DNA of 64,000 bases, from NCBI GenBank assembly GCA_051892435.1, contig JBJFGE010000039.1:52766-116765 (forward strand), written 5' to 3'. The notes beneath the pieces are model-generated. The model saw only the letters and a program-made list of their open reading frames with translations, searched no databases and was not told the DNA's origin. This DNA comes from Eubacterium sp. GTDB taxonomy: Bacteria; Bacillota; Clostridia; Oscillospirales; Acutalibacteraceae. Both the position numbers and the translations under genes were made by a program. Positions 1 through 10,204 of the stretch are shown here, one piece after another. The first letter of the stretch is position 1. Each line of letters begins with the position of its first letter.

Positions 1-387
1 GGACGTGAAATTTCCTACGGCGGTACATATAAAACTACGGAAAACAGAATTATCGCCACCGTGCCTGTGGGCTATGCTGACGGATATCCAAGGTGCCTTT
101 CAAATATCGGCAAGGTAATCGTAAAAGGTCAGTATGCAAACATCGTAGGCAGAGTTTGTATGGACCAATTTATGATTGACGTAACGGATATTCCCGATGT
201 TAAGGTTGACGATATCGTTACTCTTGTAGGAAAGGACGGCGACGCTGTTTTATCTATGGAGGAGGTTTCAAATCTCGGCCATTCATTCAACTATGAGCTT
301 CCCTGCAGAGTGGCAAGACGTGTTCCGAGAGTTTACTACAAAGACGGAAAGTATGTTAAAACAGTAAACTATTTAAAGAATAAGTAA
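1..387 (+). CDS. alr: alanine racemase, C-terminal part (5' end outside window)
   Basis: Frame is open from base 1 (GREISYGGTY); PVGYADGYPR, GRVCMDQ and YELPC motifs of the Alr C-terminal domain. Confidence 0.93.
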   Translation, partial: GREISYGGTYKTTENRIIATVPVGYADGYPRCLSNIGKVIVKGQYANIVGRVCMDQFMIDVTDIPDVKVDDIVTLVGKDGDAVLSMEEVSNLGHSFNYELPCRVARRVPRVYYKDGKYVKTVNYLKNK

Positions 388-552
388 TTGTTTTAGTGTT
401 TTATATTTCCGCTAATGCGGGTGTTTTCATTTTTCAAGTTGCGATAAAACAAAACAAAAAAGCAAATCAAGGAGAAGCATCAAAGATGCCCATTCCCCCT
501 GATAACCCCCTCTGCTGTGTCAAGGGGACACCTCTGCAAATACTTTACAACA

Positions 553-588
553 AAACCCTCCCGAACAATTCGGGAGGGTAATTTTTTT
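553..588. terminator. bidirectional intrinsic terminator between convergent alr and kinase-like gene
   Basis: accctcccgaa-caa-ttcgggagggt perfect hairpin flanked by A and T runs. Confidence 0.8.
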
Positions 589-598
589 GTTATTATAA

Positions 599-2275
599 TT
601 ATTCTGCCGAAGCTTCTGTTGACGGCTCTGTTGTTGTAACGACCTCGCCGTAAACCTGAAGAATAACCTCGTCACCTACTGCACAGACAGAGCCTGCCTT
701 AGGTGCCATACCGAAGCTTGATTTAACCGTATTTTCTGCGTGAGCACCGTCATTATAAACCTCTACTGATGAAACCTCAAAGCCTGCTTCTTTAAGCTTT
801 TCGGTAGCCTCCTCAAGAGTAAGACCGCCAACGTCGGGAACCTCTGCAGTTTGAACACCCTTGCTGACTGTTAAAACAATTTCTGTTCCCTTATCAACTG
901 TTTCACCGGCAGTTACGCTTTGCTTAAACACAATCCCTTCGTCAACATCGACAGAATACTGTGAATCAAAGGTCAGCTTAAACTGCTCGTTCCAAGCACC
1001 GTTATTTTCAATATCACTTTGGGTATATCCTGCAGATGTAAAATTAGGAACAGTATATGTTGCAACAGCAATAGGAGCAGTAGTGTCCTCCTGCTTATTC
1101 AGGCCACCGTTTTTCGCAACCAAAACTCCTGCCACACATGCAGCAACAATCAACACGACAAGAACTATGATTATAATTTTGTTTCTCTTGCTGTTATCCT
1201 TGACATCATCATATCCGGGATATCCTCTGTAATTTTTCTCCTGAGTAACAGCATCAAACTCCTCTTCTGCGTTAACCGCTTTATTGGGAGCAGGTGCAGC
1301 AGCGGCAACAACTGCAGGAGCGGCATTAAGCTGTTCTCTAAAGGTATCAATATCCTGAGTTCTTTTTTCCGGATAAATCTGAAGTCCTCCACCTAATGCT
1401 CTGATAACATAGGTAGGAATTTTTTCAGCAATAGTATTAGGTATCATCAGCTTATCATTTGTTTCTCTGGACTTTGCGTCAGGAGGATTTTGACCTACCA
1501 ATGCTCTGAAAACGCAGGCTGAAAAAGCATAAATATCCGTTGCCGGACACATTTTATGATTATTGTCATACTGCTCAATAGCAGTATAACCGTCATTTAC
1601 ATTGAATTCCAGTGCAGATGACATTGTGTTAGCCTCAGAAATGCAGAAGCCTTTAAGTCTCACTTTACCGTCACGGCAAAGAAGAAGATTATCAGGGCAG
1701 ATAGCACCGTGAATAATTCCGTTTGAATGAAGCGACTCAAGAGTAGTCAAAACAGGCATAAACATTATCCTTGCCTGCTCCCAGTCAATATTGCCGTCAG
1801 GGTTTCTTAAAAGAAATTCTCTAAGGGAAATCGACTCCGTATATTCGCTGATTGCATAAGCTGTTGAATTAAGCTCAAATACATCATATGTGGGAATTAC
1901 CGCAGAGAGATTTCTCATCTTAATAAGAGTAGACCAAAGGTTTAAGAATGATGCCTTGAGCTTTCCGAAGCTTTCCTTATAGCGTTCCCTAATATGAACG
2001 TCTAAATTACCCTCAAGCCTAACTGCGATACCTTTAGGTAAAAATTCTCTGATTGTTACAACCTCATCAAGCTGAGTATCATAGCCCATATAAACTGCGG
2101 CATCGCTTTCGTGAGCAACAAATCTGCCTACAACATATCTGTCACTAAGAACAGTTCTCTTTTGAAGATAAATTATATCCTCAGTGCTGTCATTATCAAA
2201 ACCGCATTCCTCACAAACACTGCCGTTTGTAAGCTCTTCAAAGCAATTCATACAAAGATTATCTGTATTTTTCAA
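599..2275 (-). CDS. Zn-ribbon + Ser/Thr kinase-fold (probable pseudokinase) + TM + PASTA domains
   Basis: N-terminal CMNC..CEECG; kinase subdomain layout with degenerate motifs (HGAICPDN, VRLKGF, ATDIY); hydrophobic TM; C-terminal VPNFT and VPDVGG PASTA repeats. Confidence 0.85.
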   Translation of the reverse strand: MKNTDNLCMNCFEELTNGSVCEECGFDNDSTEDIIYLQKRTVLSDRYVVGRFVAHESDAAVYMGYDTQLDEVVTIREFLPKGIAVRLEGNLDVHIRERYKESFGKLKASFLNLWSTLIKMRNLSAVIPTYDVFELNSTAYAISEYTESISLREFLLRNPDGNIDWEQARIMFMPVLTTLESLHSNGIIHGAICPDNLLLCRDGKVRLKGFCISEANTMSSALEFNVNDGYTAIEQYDNNHKMCPATDIYAFSACVFRALVGQNPPDAKSRETNDKLMIPNTIAEKIPTYVIRALGGGLQIYPEKRTQDIDTFREQLNAAPAVVAAAAPAPNKAVNAEEEFDAVTQEKNYRGYPGYDDVKDNSKRNKIIIIVLVVLIVAACVAGVLVAKNGGLNKQEDTTAPIAVATYTVPNFTSAGYTQSDIENNGAWNEQFKLTFDSQYSVDVDEGIVFKQSVTAGETVDKGTEIVLTVSKGVQTAEVPDVGGLTLEEATEKLKEAGFEVSSVEVYNDGAHAENTVKSSFGMAPKAGSVCAVGDEVILQVYGEVVTTTEPSTEASAE

Positions 2276-2302
2276 GGATTATCACTCCCGTTAATTATCA
2301 AT

Positions 2303-2400
2303 AATTAGGGTTTGTCGGTGTGTTATTGTAGCAAACTTACGTAGGTGCTTGCAATACAAGTCCGATTATATGCAGGCGACCAATGCTCGCCCCTACGGTT
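2303..2400. repeat. GTAG-type REP/REPIN-like palindromic element, degenerate copy 1
   Basis: gtaggtgcttgc...caagtccg...caggcgacc...tcgcccctac; aligns with the copies at 24697 and 49086, including the left flank (gggtttgtcggtgtgtta.tgtagcaaa). Confidence 0.75.
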
Positions 2401-2506
2401 AATTCATTACATATATAAGATATAATAACAACGATAATTGTCTTTGTCAAGTGAACAACCTGTTAATTTTCACAGTCTGTTCTTTGGTACATCTCACAAT
2501 TAAAGA

Positions 2507-2535
2507 TTGAATAAAAAACAAATATATTGTATAAT
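2507..2535 (+). promoter_or_regulatory. sigma70-type promoter for yhaM-prmA
   Basis: TTGAAT-17 nt-TATAAT upstream of ATG 2573. Confidence 0.6.
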
Positions 2536-2572
2536 GACTATCGTAAAACTAACGATTGAAAGGAAAAAGCAT

Positions 2573-3499
2573 ATGTCTTTCGCAATGATAAAGGAGCTTT
2601 CCGAAAAAAAAGATAAAAACGGTAACGGCTATCTTGACCTTACCGTAATAGGAAGCGACAAAAAGGAATATCCCGCAAAGGTTTGGAGATTTGAAAACAA
2701 CGGTCAGTTTGCCGCAAACGACGTTGTTGAAATTGAATATACAGTTGATAACTACAAGGGCAAAACCCAGCTTACAATTAACACAATAAAGCCTGCACCT
2801 GATGATATGATTAAAGAATTTGTACCATCGTCAGAATACGATGGCAAGGCAGTTTTTGCAAATCTTTTAAATAAGGTAAACGCATTTAAGGACAGTGAGC
2901 TAAAAGCAATAGTATCACGCATTATGACCGAAAACCGTGAAAAGCTGGAGGTTTATCCTGCAGCATACAGGCTTCACCACGCTATTGTAGGCGGTCTTAT
3001 GCTCCATACCGCATCAATAGTTGAAATGGCTGAAAAGACCTGCAAGGTTTACCCGAATATCAACAGAGAGCTTTTGCTTTCGGGTGCAATCCTTCACGAT
3101 GTGGCAAAAACCTTTGAAATGGAAACAGGCAAATCCGGACTTTGCAGTGGTTATACTGTGGGCGGTGAGCTTATCGGCCATCTTGTAAAGGGTGCAATGT
3201 ACATTGATGAAACTGCTAAAAAGCTTGGAATTGACAGCGACAAGGTAATTCTTCTTGAGCATATGATACTGTCACATCACGGCGAACCCGAATACGGCTC
3301 CCCTGTAAGACCTATGTTTTTAGAGGCAGAAATTCTTTCAACTCTTGACGCACTTGACGCAACAATTTTTGAAATCAGCACAGCAACCTCAAAAATTGAA
3401 ACAGGAGAATTCACCGACAGACAGTGGGCACTTGACAACAGAAAGCTCTATAACCACGGACTTTCATCAACAGAGCATAAGGTTAATTTAGGAGAATAA
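2573..3499 (+). CDS. yhaM: 3'-5' exoribonuclease YhaM family (OB fold + HD domain)
   Basis: N-terminal OB-like region, PAA..HHA..GGL..HT, LHDVAK and SHHG.PEYGSP motifs; start moved to ATG 2573 after AGGA. Confidence 0.88.
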   Translation: MSFAMIKELSEKKDKNGNGYLDLTVIGSDKKEYPAKVWRFENNGQFAANDVVEIEYTVDNYKGKTQLTINTIKPAPDDMIKEFVPSSEYDGKAVFANLLNKVNAFKDSELKAIVSRIMTENREKLEVYPAAYRLHHAIVGGLMLHTASIVEMAEKTCKVYPNINRELLLSGAILHDVAKTFEMETGKSGLCSGYTVGGELIGHLVKGAMYIDETAKKLGIDSDKVILLEHMILSHHGEPEYGSPVRPMFLEAEILSTLDALDATIFEISTATSKIETGEFTDRQWALDNRKLYNHGLSSTEHKVNLGE

Positions 3500-3501
3500 T
3501 T

Positions 3502-4455
3502 TTGGAAAACGAAAACAGTATTAACACAAATGAAAGCTGGACCGAAATATCCATAACCGTAGATACAAAGGATATCGACACAGCAGGAAATATCGCTAAT
3601 CTTGTAGTCCCCTACGGAATTTATATCGAGGACTACTCTGACCTTGAAAACGAGATAATGGAAATTGCCCATATTGATTTGATTGAAGAAAGTCTTTTAC
3701 AGGCTGACAGGTCAAAGGGCATTATCCACGTCTATGTCAATCCTCACGAAAATCCCATTGAGGCAGTTTCATTTATCAGAGAGAGGCTTGATTTAAACGG
3801 CATAGAACACAATATCAAGATTGCTGACTGTGCCACAGAGGACTGGGTAAATAACTGGAAGCAGTATTTTCACCCTATGCCTATCGGCAAAAAACTACTA
3901 ATCAGACCTACTTGGGAGGAGGAATACGACCCTCAGGGCAGAATTGTGCTACACATTGAACCGGGTCTTGCCTTTGGAACAGGTAGCCACCCTACAACAA
4001 AATTATGTCTTGAAACTCTTGAAAAATACATCGATGACGGCTCAACCGTTCTTGATATCGGATGCGGCAGCGGTATACTCTCCATTGCGAGTCTTTTACT
4101 GGGGGCAAGCTCCGCCTTCGGCGTTGATATAGACTCCCTTGCAGTTAAAACCGCTATGGAAAACGCAAAGGAAAACGGCTTTGATGAAAGCAAATTCAAG
4201 GCAGTTCAGGGCAATCTTTCAGATAAAGTCAGCGGTAAATACTCCGTTGTTGTGGCAAACATTGTTGCCGACATTATTATGGAGTTTAACAGGGATGTGG
4301 GTAAATTTCTTGATGATGGCGGTGTTTATATCACCGGCGGTATCATTGAATCAAGAGAAGATGAAGTGCTTATGTCCTTTGCCCAAAACGGCTTTAAGGT
4401 TAAAGAACGCTTTGAGGAAAAGGGCTGGCTCGTTTTCGTAACCGAAAAGGCATAA
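3502..4455 (+). CDS. prmA: ribosomal protein L11 methyltransferase
   Basis: WKQYFHP, EPGLAFGTGSHPTT, VLDIGCGSGIL, VANIVAD. Confidence 0.95.
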   Translation: MENENSINTNESWTEISITVDTKDIDTAGNIANLVVPYGIYIEDYSDLENEIMEIAHIDLIEESLLQADRSKGIIHVYVNPHENPIEAVSFIRERLDLNGIEHNIKIADCATEDWVNNWKQYFHPMPIGKKLLIRPTWEEEYDPQGRIVLHIEPGLAFGTGSHPTTKLCLETLEKYIDDGSTVLDIGCGSGILSIASLLLGASSAFGVDIDSLAVKTAMENAKENGFDESKFKAVQGNLSDKVSGKYSVVVANIVADIIMEFNRDVGKFLDDGGVYITGGIIESREDEVLMSFAQNGFKVKERFEEKGWLVFVTEKA

Positions 4456-4467
4456 AATATATTGCAA

Positions 4468-4499
4468 TAAAGGGACTGTAAAAAAAACAGCCCCTTTAT
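4468..4499. terminator. probable bidirectional terminator between prmA and the vWA gene
   Basis: taaagggactgt...acagcccctttat imperfect hairpin between convergent genes. Confidence 0.55.
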
Positions 4500-4500
4500 A

Positions 4501-5166
4501 TTATTTTCTGTCATTGAAATCTTTTTTAATATTTTCGCTCCAATCACTTGATATGGGCATATTGTTTCGCATGTTTGAAACTGTTTGGCAAACTGTTTCG
4601 TAGCACACTGCCGTACCCTGACTGTCACAGCAATAATCAACAGCTCTGTCAGATCGGATACCGTAATTCTCTGCTGTTTCAACGGCATCAATATTTGCAC
4701 CGATAAACAGAAATTCCCATCCGTATTTTTCCTGTTCCTTTTTTACCATTTGCTTAACCTTATTGGCTGAATAATGCTTACTGGCATTTTCCATACCATC
4801 GGTTATAATGACAAAAAGAGTGTTGGCAGGAACATCCTCTTTTCTTGCATATTTATGAATGTTTGCGATATGGTGAATTGCTCCGCCTAACGCGTCAAGA
4901 AGTGCAGTACAGCCACGGACATAATACGTTTCATCTGTCATAGGCGAAACCCTATTAATATCAACTCGGTCATAAATCACCTCTGACTCGTGGTCAAAAA
5001 GAATTGTTGATACATACGCCCTTGAGCTTTCCTTTTTCTGCTTTTCAAGCATTGAATTGAAGCCGCCGATTGTATCCCTTTCAAGACCTGCCATTGAGCC
5101 TGAACGGTCCAAGATAAATACAAGCTCGGTTGTGTTATTTTTTGATTTGTTATTTGTCTTTTTCAT
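4501..5166 (-). CDS. stand-alone von Willebrand factor A (vWA) domain protein
   Basis: VFILDRSGSM (MIDAS DxSxS), GCTALLDA, IITDGMEN; GGAGG SD before ATG 5166. Confidence 0.88.
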   Translation of the reverse strand: MKKTNNKSKNNTTELVFILDRSGSMAGLERDTIGGFNSMLEKQKKESSRAYVSTILFDHESEVIYDRVDINRVSPMTDETYYVRGCTALLDALGGAIHHIANIHKYARKEDVPANTLFVIITDGMENASKHYSANKVKQMVKKEQEKYGWEFLFIGANIDAVETAENYGIRSDRAVDYCCDSQGTAVCYETVCQTVSNMRNNMPISSDWSENIKKDFNDRK

Positions 5167-5264
5167 AATAAAAACCTCCATATAATGAATTTTGTTTTGC
5201 TGTTTTCAGCTTACACGTTCATTATAGGAGGTTTTTATTTTTATTTGGTCGCCTGCCGTGCGAC
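5167..5264 (-). promoter_or_regulatory. vWA upstream region: TATAAT -10, GTCGC-N7-GCGAC palindrome, ~22-bp inverted repeat covering the SD
   Basis: attata at 5221-5226 (TATAAT on minus strand); gtcgc-ctgccgt-gcgac at 5248-5264; aataaaaacctccatataatgaa (5167-5189) pairs with ttcattataggaggtttttatt (5218-5239). Confidence 0.55.
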
Positions 5265-6292
5265 TAATTTACAGAACCAAGGAGGCTTTGGTCAAAGGCA
5301 AAAAGCGCCTCATTAATCTCAAATATATTATAATTCTTATTCTTGATAAAGTATTCGACTATAATATCAAACTTATTGCTGTGGGACAGGGCAAAGCCTG
5401 CCTTTAAAAGCATTTCATTCGTTTCATCGAGAGAAAGCTCCAGTGCAATGCAAAAGGCAAGCACCGTCGGCTTGCTGGGCTTATAATCTGGATTTGAACG
5501 AATTTTTGAAAAAAGGCGTTTATCAATATTTGCCTTTTTATAGCACTGGCTGTCCTTCATTCCCTTTTCATCAATTTTCCTCAGTAGCATTTGAGAAAAG
5601 CTTTCGTCAATCATCTTATCAAGAACATCCTTGAGGCTTGTTGCTTTCGGAGCTTGAGCAGCATAGCAAAAGTCAACAGCATCCTCCTGAAAAAGAGTTG
5701 CTTCAGAAAGTGTAACACTGCACTGCTCCCTGCGCATACGCTCATAATCAATATCCCTATGCTCAGCTACATAATTATCATCAATATACTGTGCAACATC
5801 CGCAAAAAGCTTACTGCTGACGGTAACGGCATTTTTATTGTACACAACAATATACACAAGCATATCGTTTTCCATTAAAAATTCAGCAACCGTATCAACC
5901 GCAACCTTAAAGGCTTCGTACATAGGATATCCGTAAACGCCTGACGAAATCAGCGGGAACGCCACTGACTCACATTTATATTCTTTAGCAAGGTCAAGGG
6001 AATTTTTATAGCAGGAAATAAGAAGCTCTCTTTCTCCATTTTCTCCTCCGTGCCATTTAGGGCCCACAGTATGAATAACATATTTAGCAGGGAGATTATA
6101 GCCTGCGGTAATTTTAGCCTCTCCTACTCTACATCCGCCAAGCTTCATACATTCAAGCAGAAGTTTTTTGCCCGCGGCCTTATGTATTGCACCGTCAACA
6201 CCGCCACCGCCTAAAAGCGTTGAATTAGCGGCATTTACTATTGCATCACATTCTACTTTTGTAATATCATTTCTGATTATTTTTAAAGGCAT
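5264..6292 (-). CDS. macrodomain (ADP-ribose binding/hydrolase) fused to a C-terminal XRE-like HTH region
   Basis: [44 protein letters not shown]; C-terminal [23 protein letters not shown] helical region; start at ATG 6292. Confidence 0.85.
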   Translation of the reverse strand: MPLKIIRNDITKVECDAIVNAANSTLLGGGGVDGAIHKAAGKKLLLECMKLGGCRVGEAKITAGYNLPAKYVIHTVGPKWHGGENGERELLISCYKNSLDLAKEYKCESVAFPLISSGVYGYPMYEAFKVAVDTVAEFLMENDMLVYIVVYNKNAVTVSSKLFADVAQYIDDNYVAEHRDIDYERMRREQCSVTLSEATLFQEDAVDFCYAAQAPKATSLKDVLDKMIDESFSQMLLRKIDEKGMKDSQCYKKANIDKRLFSKIRSNPDYKPSKPTVLAFCIALELSLDETNEMLLKAGFALSHSNKFDIIVEYFIKNKNYNIFEINEALFAFDQSLLGSVN

Positions 6293-6305
6293 AATTTTCT
6301 CCGAA

Positions 6306-6330
6306 AAAGCGGACAGAAACTGTCCGCTTA
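6306..6330 (-). terminator. intrinsic terminator after the GH2 gene
   Basis: aagcggacag-aaa-ctgtccgctt hairpin followed by a U-run on the minus strand. Confidence 0.65.
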
Positions 6331-6341
6331 AAATAATTTTA

Positions 6342-8609
6342 TTATTTATTTGGCTTTTTGATTTTGTTGAGCATTGCATTTACCTCAAGGATTTGCTCCT
6401 TTGTAAACTTACCGCCAAGCATCATAAATACTCGCTTTACGGTAAAGCCCTTAACGAGCTCGATCATAGACTTATTGATACTGCTGATTGTAAAGCCCAT
6501 AACCTCTTTTTCGCCCTTTTTGCCTTTTTCCTTCTTTTTATCTTCACCGCTTGACATAGAATTAAATACAATCTTGATGAATTTTACAGCGAAAAGCTTT
6601 CCTCTAAAGGTACTGAGGATACTGCCGAATGTATCATTGATTGAGAAGTAGCCCACAGGTGTATCAATCTCAAACCAGTTGATAACGGCACCCTCATCCT
6701 TCATAACGTAATCCTCGTTGAACTTATCAACCTTTTTGATTACGCCCTCGTCAGTAAGCTCACCTGCTCTGACAAGAATTTTTGTTTCACTGTTCTTGTT
6801 AGGAACATCGAAATAGAAGAATGGATATTTGCCCTTTTTCTGCTTGCCGATGCTTTCGCCGTTGGCAAAAAGCTCAACCTCGTCTTGATTTGAATAAACG
6901 GTAATCCTTGTAACATCCTCTACTCTGTCAACATATCTCTTACCGCAAAGGTGAACCATAGGCTTATCCGAAAGCCAAGCCTGATATGCATAGTATGAAT
7001 CCTTCTTGTACTTTCTGTCAAAGGTAACAAGGCCCTTGTGGTTCATACCGTTTTCACCGCCCTCAGCTCTTGCATCAGCGGCAAAGTCAAACATATTCCA
7101 AACGTGAGTTGCCCAAAGATACGGTCTTTCGGCAATCTGCTTAATAAGCTCCTCGTGGTAATATGCCTGATACTCCTCGGTATAGTCACCCTGCTCAGGA
7201 TTTGATGTATGCCAGTTAAGAGCCTCACAGCCGTACTCACTTAATCCGATTGGCTTATTTGGATATTTCTTGTGGAAATTATCAAACCACGGGCCGTTCA
7301 TTGAGGTATTTCCTCCGTACCAGCCGAAGTAGTGGTTGTATGAAAGCACATCTGAAATCTTAGTATAATCATCGTCGATACTGCAAGCAGTAAGAACTGC
7401 GGCAGTAGTAAGTCTTGTCTTATCAAGGCTATGAGCAAGATCATTGAGCATAACGTGATTATCAATAAGGCTCTTGTCAGAGCCGTTCATTGTAATCTCA
7501 TTTGAAAGTCCCCAAACAACAATACAAGGGTGATTATAATTCTGGCAGATAAGCTCTGTCATTTGAGACTTTGTATTATCAAAGCCATTTGGCATATGCT
7601 TTGAAATATAAGGAATTTCAGCCCAAATAACAAGTCCCTTTTCATCGCAAAGGTCATAGAAAACCTGTGAATGCTGATAATGAGCAAGGCGGATTGTATT
7701 TGCACCCATATCGCAGATAAGCTCGATATCCTCTTTATGATGCTCCGGCAAAAGTGCATTACCGATATCAGGTCTGTCCTGATGACGTGAAACACCACGA
7801 AGGGGGTATTCCCTTCCGTTAAGGATAAAGCCCTTTTGCGGGTCAATCTTAAAGCTTCTGCAACCGAAGCGTGTTGAAATTTCATCAACTGCTTCGCCGT
7901 CAACAATAAGCTTTGCCGAAGCTGTATAAAGGAATGGGTCCTTAACACCGTCCCACAAATGAACATTCTTAATTGTAATAGTAGCCTTTGGATTTTTGCC
8001 GTCAGCAGTTGCAGTAGCTACTGCATTTTCACCGTCTGTAACAGTAAACTCAACAGCACCGCTTCCATATACCTGAATTTCAACATCAGCATCACTGCCA
8101 TTGATTTTAGGTGTAACGGCAATACCCGGTGCACCGTAATAGTCCAGGTCAAAATGGTCCTTCTTAACACCGATAAGCGTTACATCACGATAAATGCCAC
8201 CGTAGAATGTGAAGTCAGCCATCTGAGGATAAACAAAATCGTTAGGGCTGTTATCAGCAGTTACAACAAGGAGGTTTTCATCCTTAATATCATCAAGCTT
8301 TACTCTGAATGTTGAATATCCGCCGTGATGAGTTACAAGCTCTTTTCCGTTAAAATAAACCTTACCTGTGGAGTTTACACCGTCAAGCTGAAGATAAACC
8401 TCGTCGCCTTCGGGCATATCGCTTTTTGCAAGAGATTTTGCAAAATAGCCTACTCCTCGATAGTAGTCATTTCCACCGTCCTGACCGTCTTTGCCATTCC
8501 AAGTGTATGGAAGATTTAAGCTTTCCCAATCCTGTGGGAGCGTTGACGGAACAGCCTTTGCATCCTTGGAAAACAGCCAACCTTCGTTTATGTTTTTTAC
8601 AATACGCAT
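6342..8609 (-). CDS. glycoside hydrolase family 2 (beta-galactosidase/glucuronidase-like)
   Basis: [27 protein letters not shown] (acid/base), LSEYG (nucleophile), KGLVTFDR. Confidence 0.9.
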   Translation of the reverse strand: MRIVKNINEGWLFSKDAKAVPSTLPQDWESLNLPYTWNGKDGQDGGNDYYRGVGYFAKSLAKSDMPEGDEVYLQLDGVNSTGKVYFNGKELVTHHGGYSTFRVKLDDIKDENLLVVTADNSPNDFVYPQMADFTFYGGIYRDVTLIGVKKDHFDLDYYGAPGIAVTPKINGSDADVEIQVYGSGAVEFTVTDGENAVATATADGKNPKATITIKNVHLWDGVKDPFLYTASAKLIVDGEAVDEISTRFGCRSFKIDPQKGFILNGREYPLRGVSRHQDRPDIGNALLPEHHKEDIELICDMGANTIRLAHYQHSQVFYDLCDEKGLVIWAEIPYISKHMPNGFDNTKSQMTELICQNYNHPCIVVWGLSNEITMNGSDKSLIDNHVMLNDLAHSLDKTRLTTAAVLTACSIDDDYTKISDVLSYNHYFGWYGGNTSMNGPWFDNFHKKYPNKPIGLSEYGCEALNWHTSNPEQGDYTEEYQAYYHEELIKQIAERPYLWATHVWNMFDFAADARAEGGENGMNHKGLVTFDRKYKKDSYYAYQAWLSDKPMVHLCGKRYVDRVEDVTRITVYSNQDEVELFANGESIGKQKKGKYPFFYFDVPNKNSETKILVRAGELTDEGVIKKVDKFNEDYVMKDEGAVINWFEIDTPVGYFSINDTFGSILSTFRGKLFAVKFIKIVFNSMSSGEDKKKEKGKKGEKEVMGFTISSINKSMIELVKGFTVKRVFMMLGGKFTKEQILEVNAMLNKIKKPNK

Positions 8610-8637
8610 AATTTTACCTCGCTATGTTAGATTTATA

Positions 8638-10014
8638 TTATTCAGCATTTTCATTTGCAGACTGACCGAATTCCTGCTCCTGCTTGTAGTCGATATTATA
8701 AATAAACCACATTGAAAGAGTCATTACTGCAAGTCCTACTACAAGGAATATGATATAGAGATTCTTAATATTTTCAGAAGCCTGTGCTGTCTGAGTTGTT
8801 GCAGTTTCAACATAACCGACTGCGCTGAGTGCAAGAGCAACAACAGCAGAGCCGATACCCTGTGACAGCTTACGGAAGAATGAGTAAAGAGCATAAAGAG
8901 AAGCCTCCTCACGAATACCCTTCTTGCGATAGCTCATTTCAATACAGTCAGCGATAATTGCCCAAACAATGATTTGGAATACACAGCAGCCTGTGTTTAC
9001 AAACATAAGACCTATTACGTAAATAACGATACCCTTCATATCCGGAGTGATAGGCAGGAAAAGCATAAGTATACCGGAAACAACACTGACGATACCTGAA
9101 ATAACAATCAGCTTTTTCTTACCGATTTTTGCAACTATATTTGATGCAAATGGCATAAATGCAATCAAAGGCAAGTATGAAGCAATCATTGCAAGAGTTG
9201 ACTTGCTGGCATCATTGAAATAAAACTGGAATACAAGGTTATTTACAGACATTGTAGAGTTGTAGAAAACAACTACTGCAACTGTTGCGATGGTAATAGC
9301 AACCATAGCGCGATTTGTAAAGAATGACTTAATAGTTGAAATATAGCTAACCTTTTCCTGAACCTTATCCTCACGGACTACTCTTTCAGTTACCATTTTA
9401 CGCATTGCAAAGAACACGAAGAATGCTACTACAGAGAAAATAATAGATACAACGAAAAGTATGTTTGCATCAAGTACATTGTCCTTGTATACAACCTTAG
9501 GCAAAATCATAACACAGAGTGCAGGAAGTGATGCACCGATGCTTCTGAAGGTTGAAAGAGTTGTACGCTGCTTTGGGTCCTCTGTGATTACAGAGTGAAG
9601 CGAACCGTACGGAACGTTAATCAAGGTGTATGCAACTGACCAAAGGCAATATGATGCAAGACACCAAATGATTTTTCCAAGCTGTGAAAAGCCTGTTACA
9701 GGGGTGAAAATCATAATTGATGTTACAACAAGCGCCACAGAGCCAATAGCAATCCAAGGCATAAATTTACTTTTTGTTCCAATACGTTTACGGTCAACCA
9801 TATTACCGATAAGGATATCATTAATTGCATCCCAAACCTTAGATACAACGATAATCCAAGCCCAGTTAGCCGCACTTAAACCGATACACTGTGTATAAAA
9901 AAGGTACATATAGGATGATACAAGCTGGAAAGAAAAATTACAGCCCATATCTCCGAAGGCGTATCCAATTTTATCTCGCATACCGAAAGGACGGAGTTTT
10001 TGTGAGTTTTCCAT
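8638..10014 (-). CDS. MFS glycoside-pentoside-hexuronide:cation symporter (MelB/UidB-like)
   Basis: KIGYAFGD, WDAIND, YTLINVPYGSL; about 12 TM segments; co-oriented with the GH2 gene. Confidence 0.88.
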   Translation of the reverse strand: MENSQKLRPFGMRDKIGYAFGDMGCNFSFQLVSSYMYLFYTQCIGLSAANWAWIIVVSKVWDAINDILIGNMVDRKRIGTKSKFMPWIAIGSVALVVTSIMIFTPVTGFSQLGKIIWCLASYCLWSVAYTLINVPYGSLHSVITEDPKQRTTLSTFRSIGASLPALCVMILPKVVYKDNVLDANILFVVSIIFSVVAFFVFFAMRKMVTERVVREDKVQEKVSYISTIKSFFTNRAMVAITIATVAVVVFYNSTMSVNNLVFQFYFNDASKSTLAMIASYLPLIAFMPFASNIVAKIGKKKLIVISGIVSVVSGILMLFLPITPDMKGIVIYVIGLMFVNTGCCVFQIIVWAIIADCIEMSYRKKGIREEASLYALYSFFRKLSQGIGSAVVALALSAVGYVETATTQTAQASENIKNLYIIFLVVGLAVMTLSMWFIYNIDYKQEQEFGQSANENAE

Positions 10015-10204
10015 AAATAACTTCTCCTTTAGTTAAAAAATATTGTTTATTAAATTATACATTATAATTGTAAACATTTCAACAAACATAATTTTGAAAT
10101 TTGTCTATTATATGGAATAAACAGTGCTAAATCTTTCCGGACAGTATATTTAGACATAAAAAATGCTGCCTCAAACGAGACAGCATTTAAACTGCAAAAA
10201 TAAA

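Noticed and set aside
396-581. 61-aa ORF after alr
   Set aside because: It has no SD, runs through the terminator hairpin and has no recognisable protein features.
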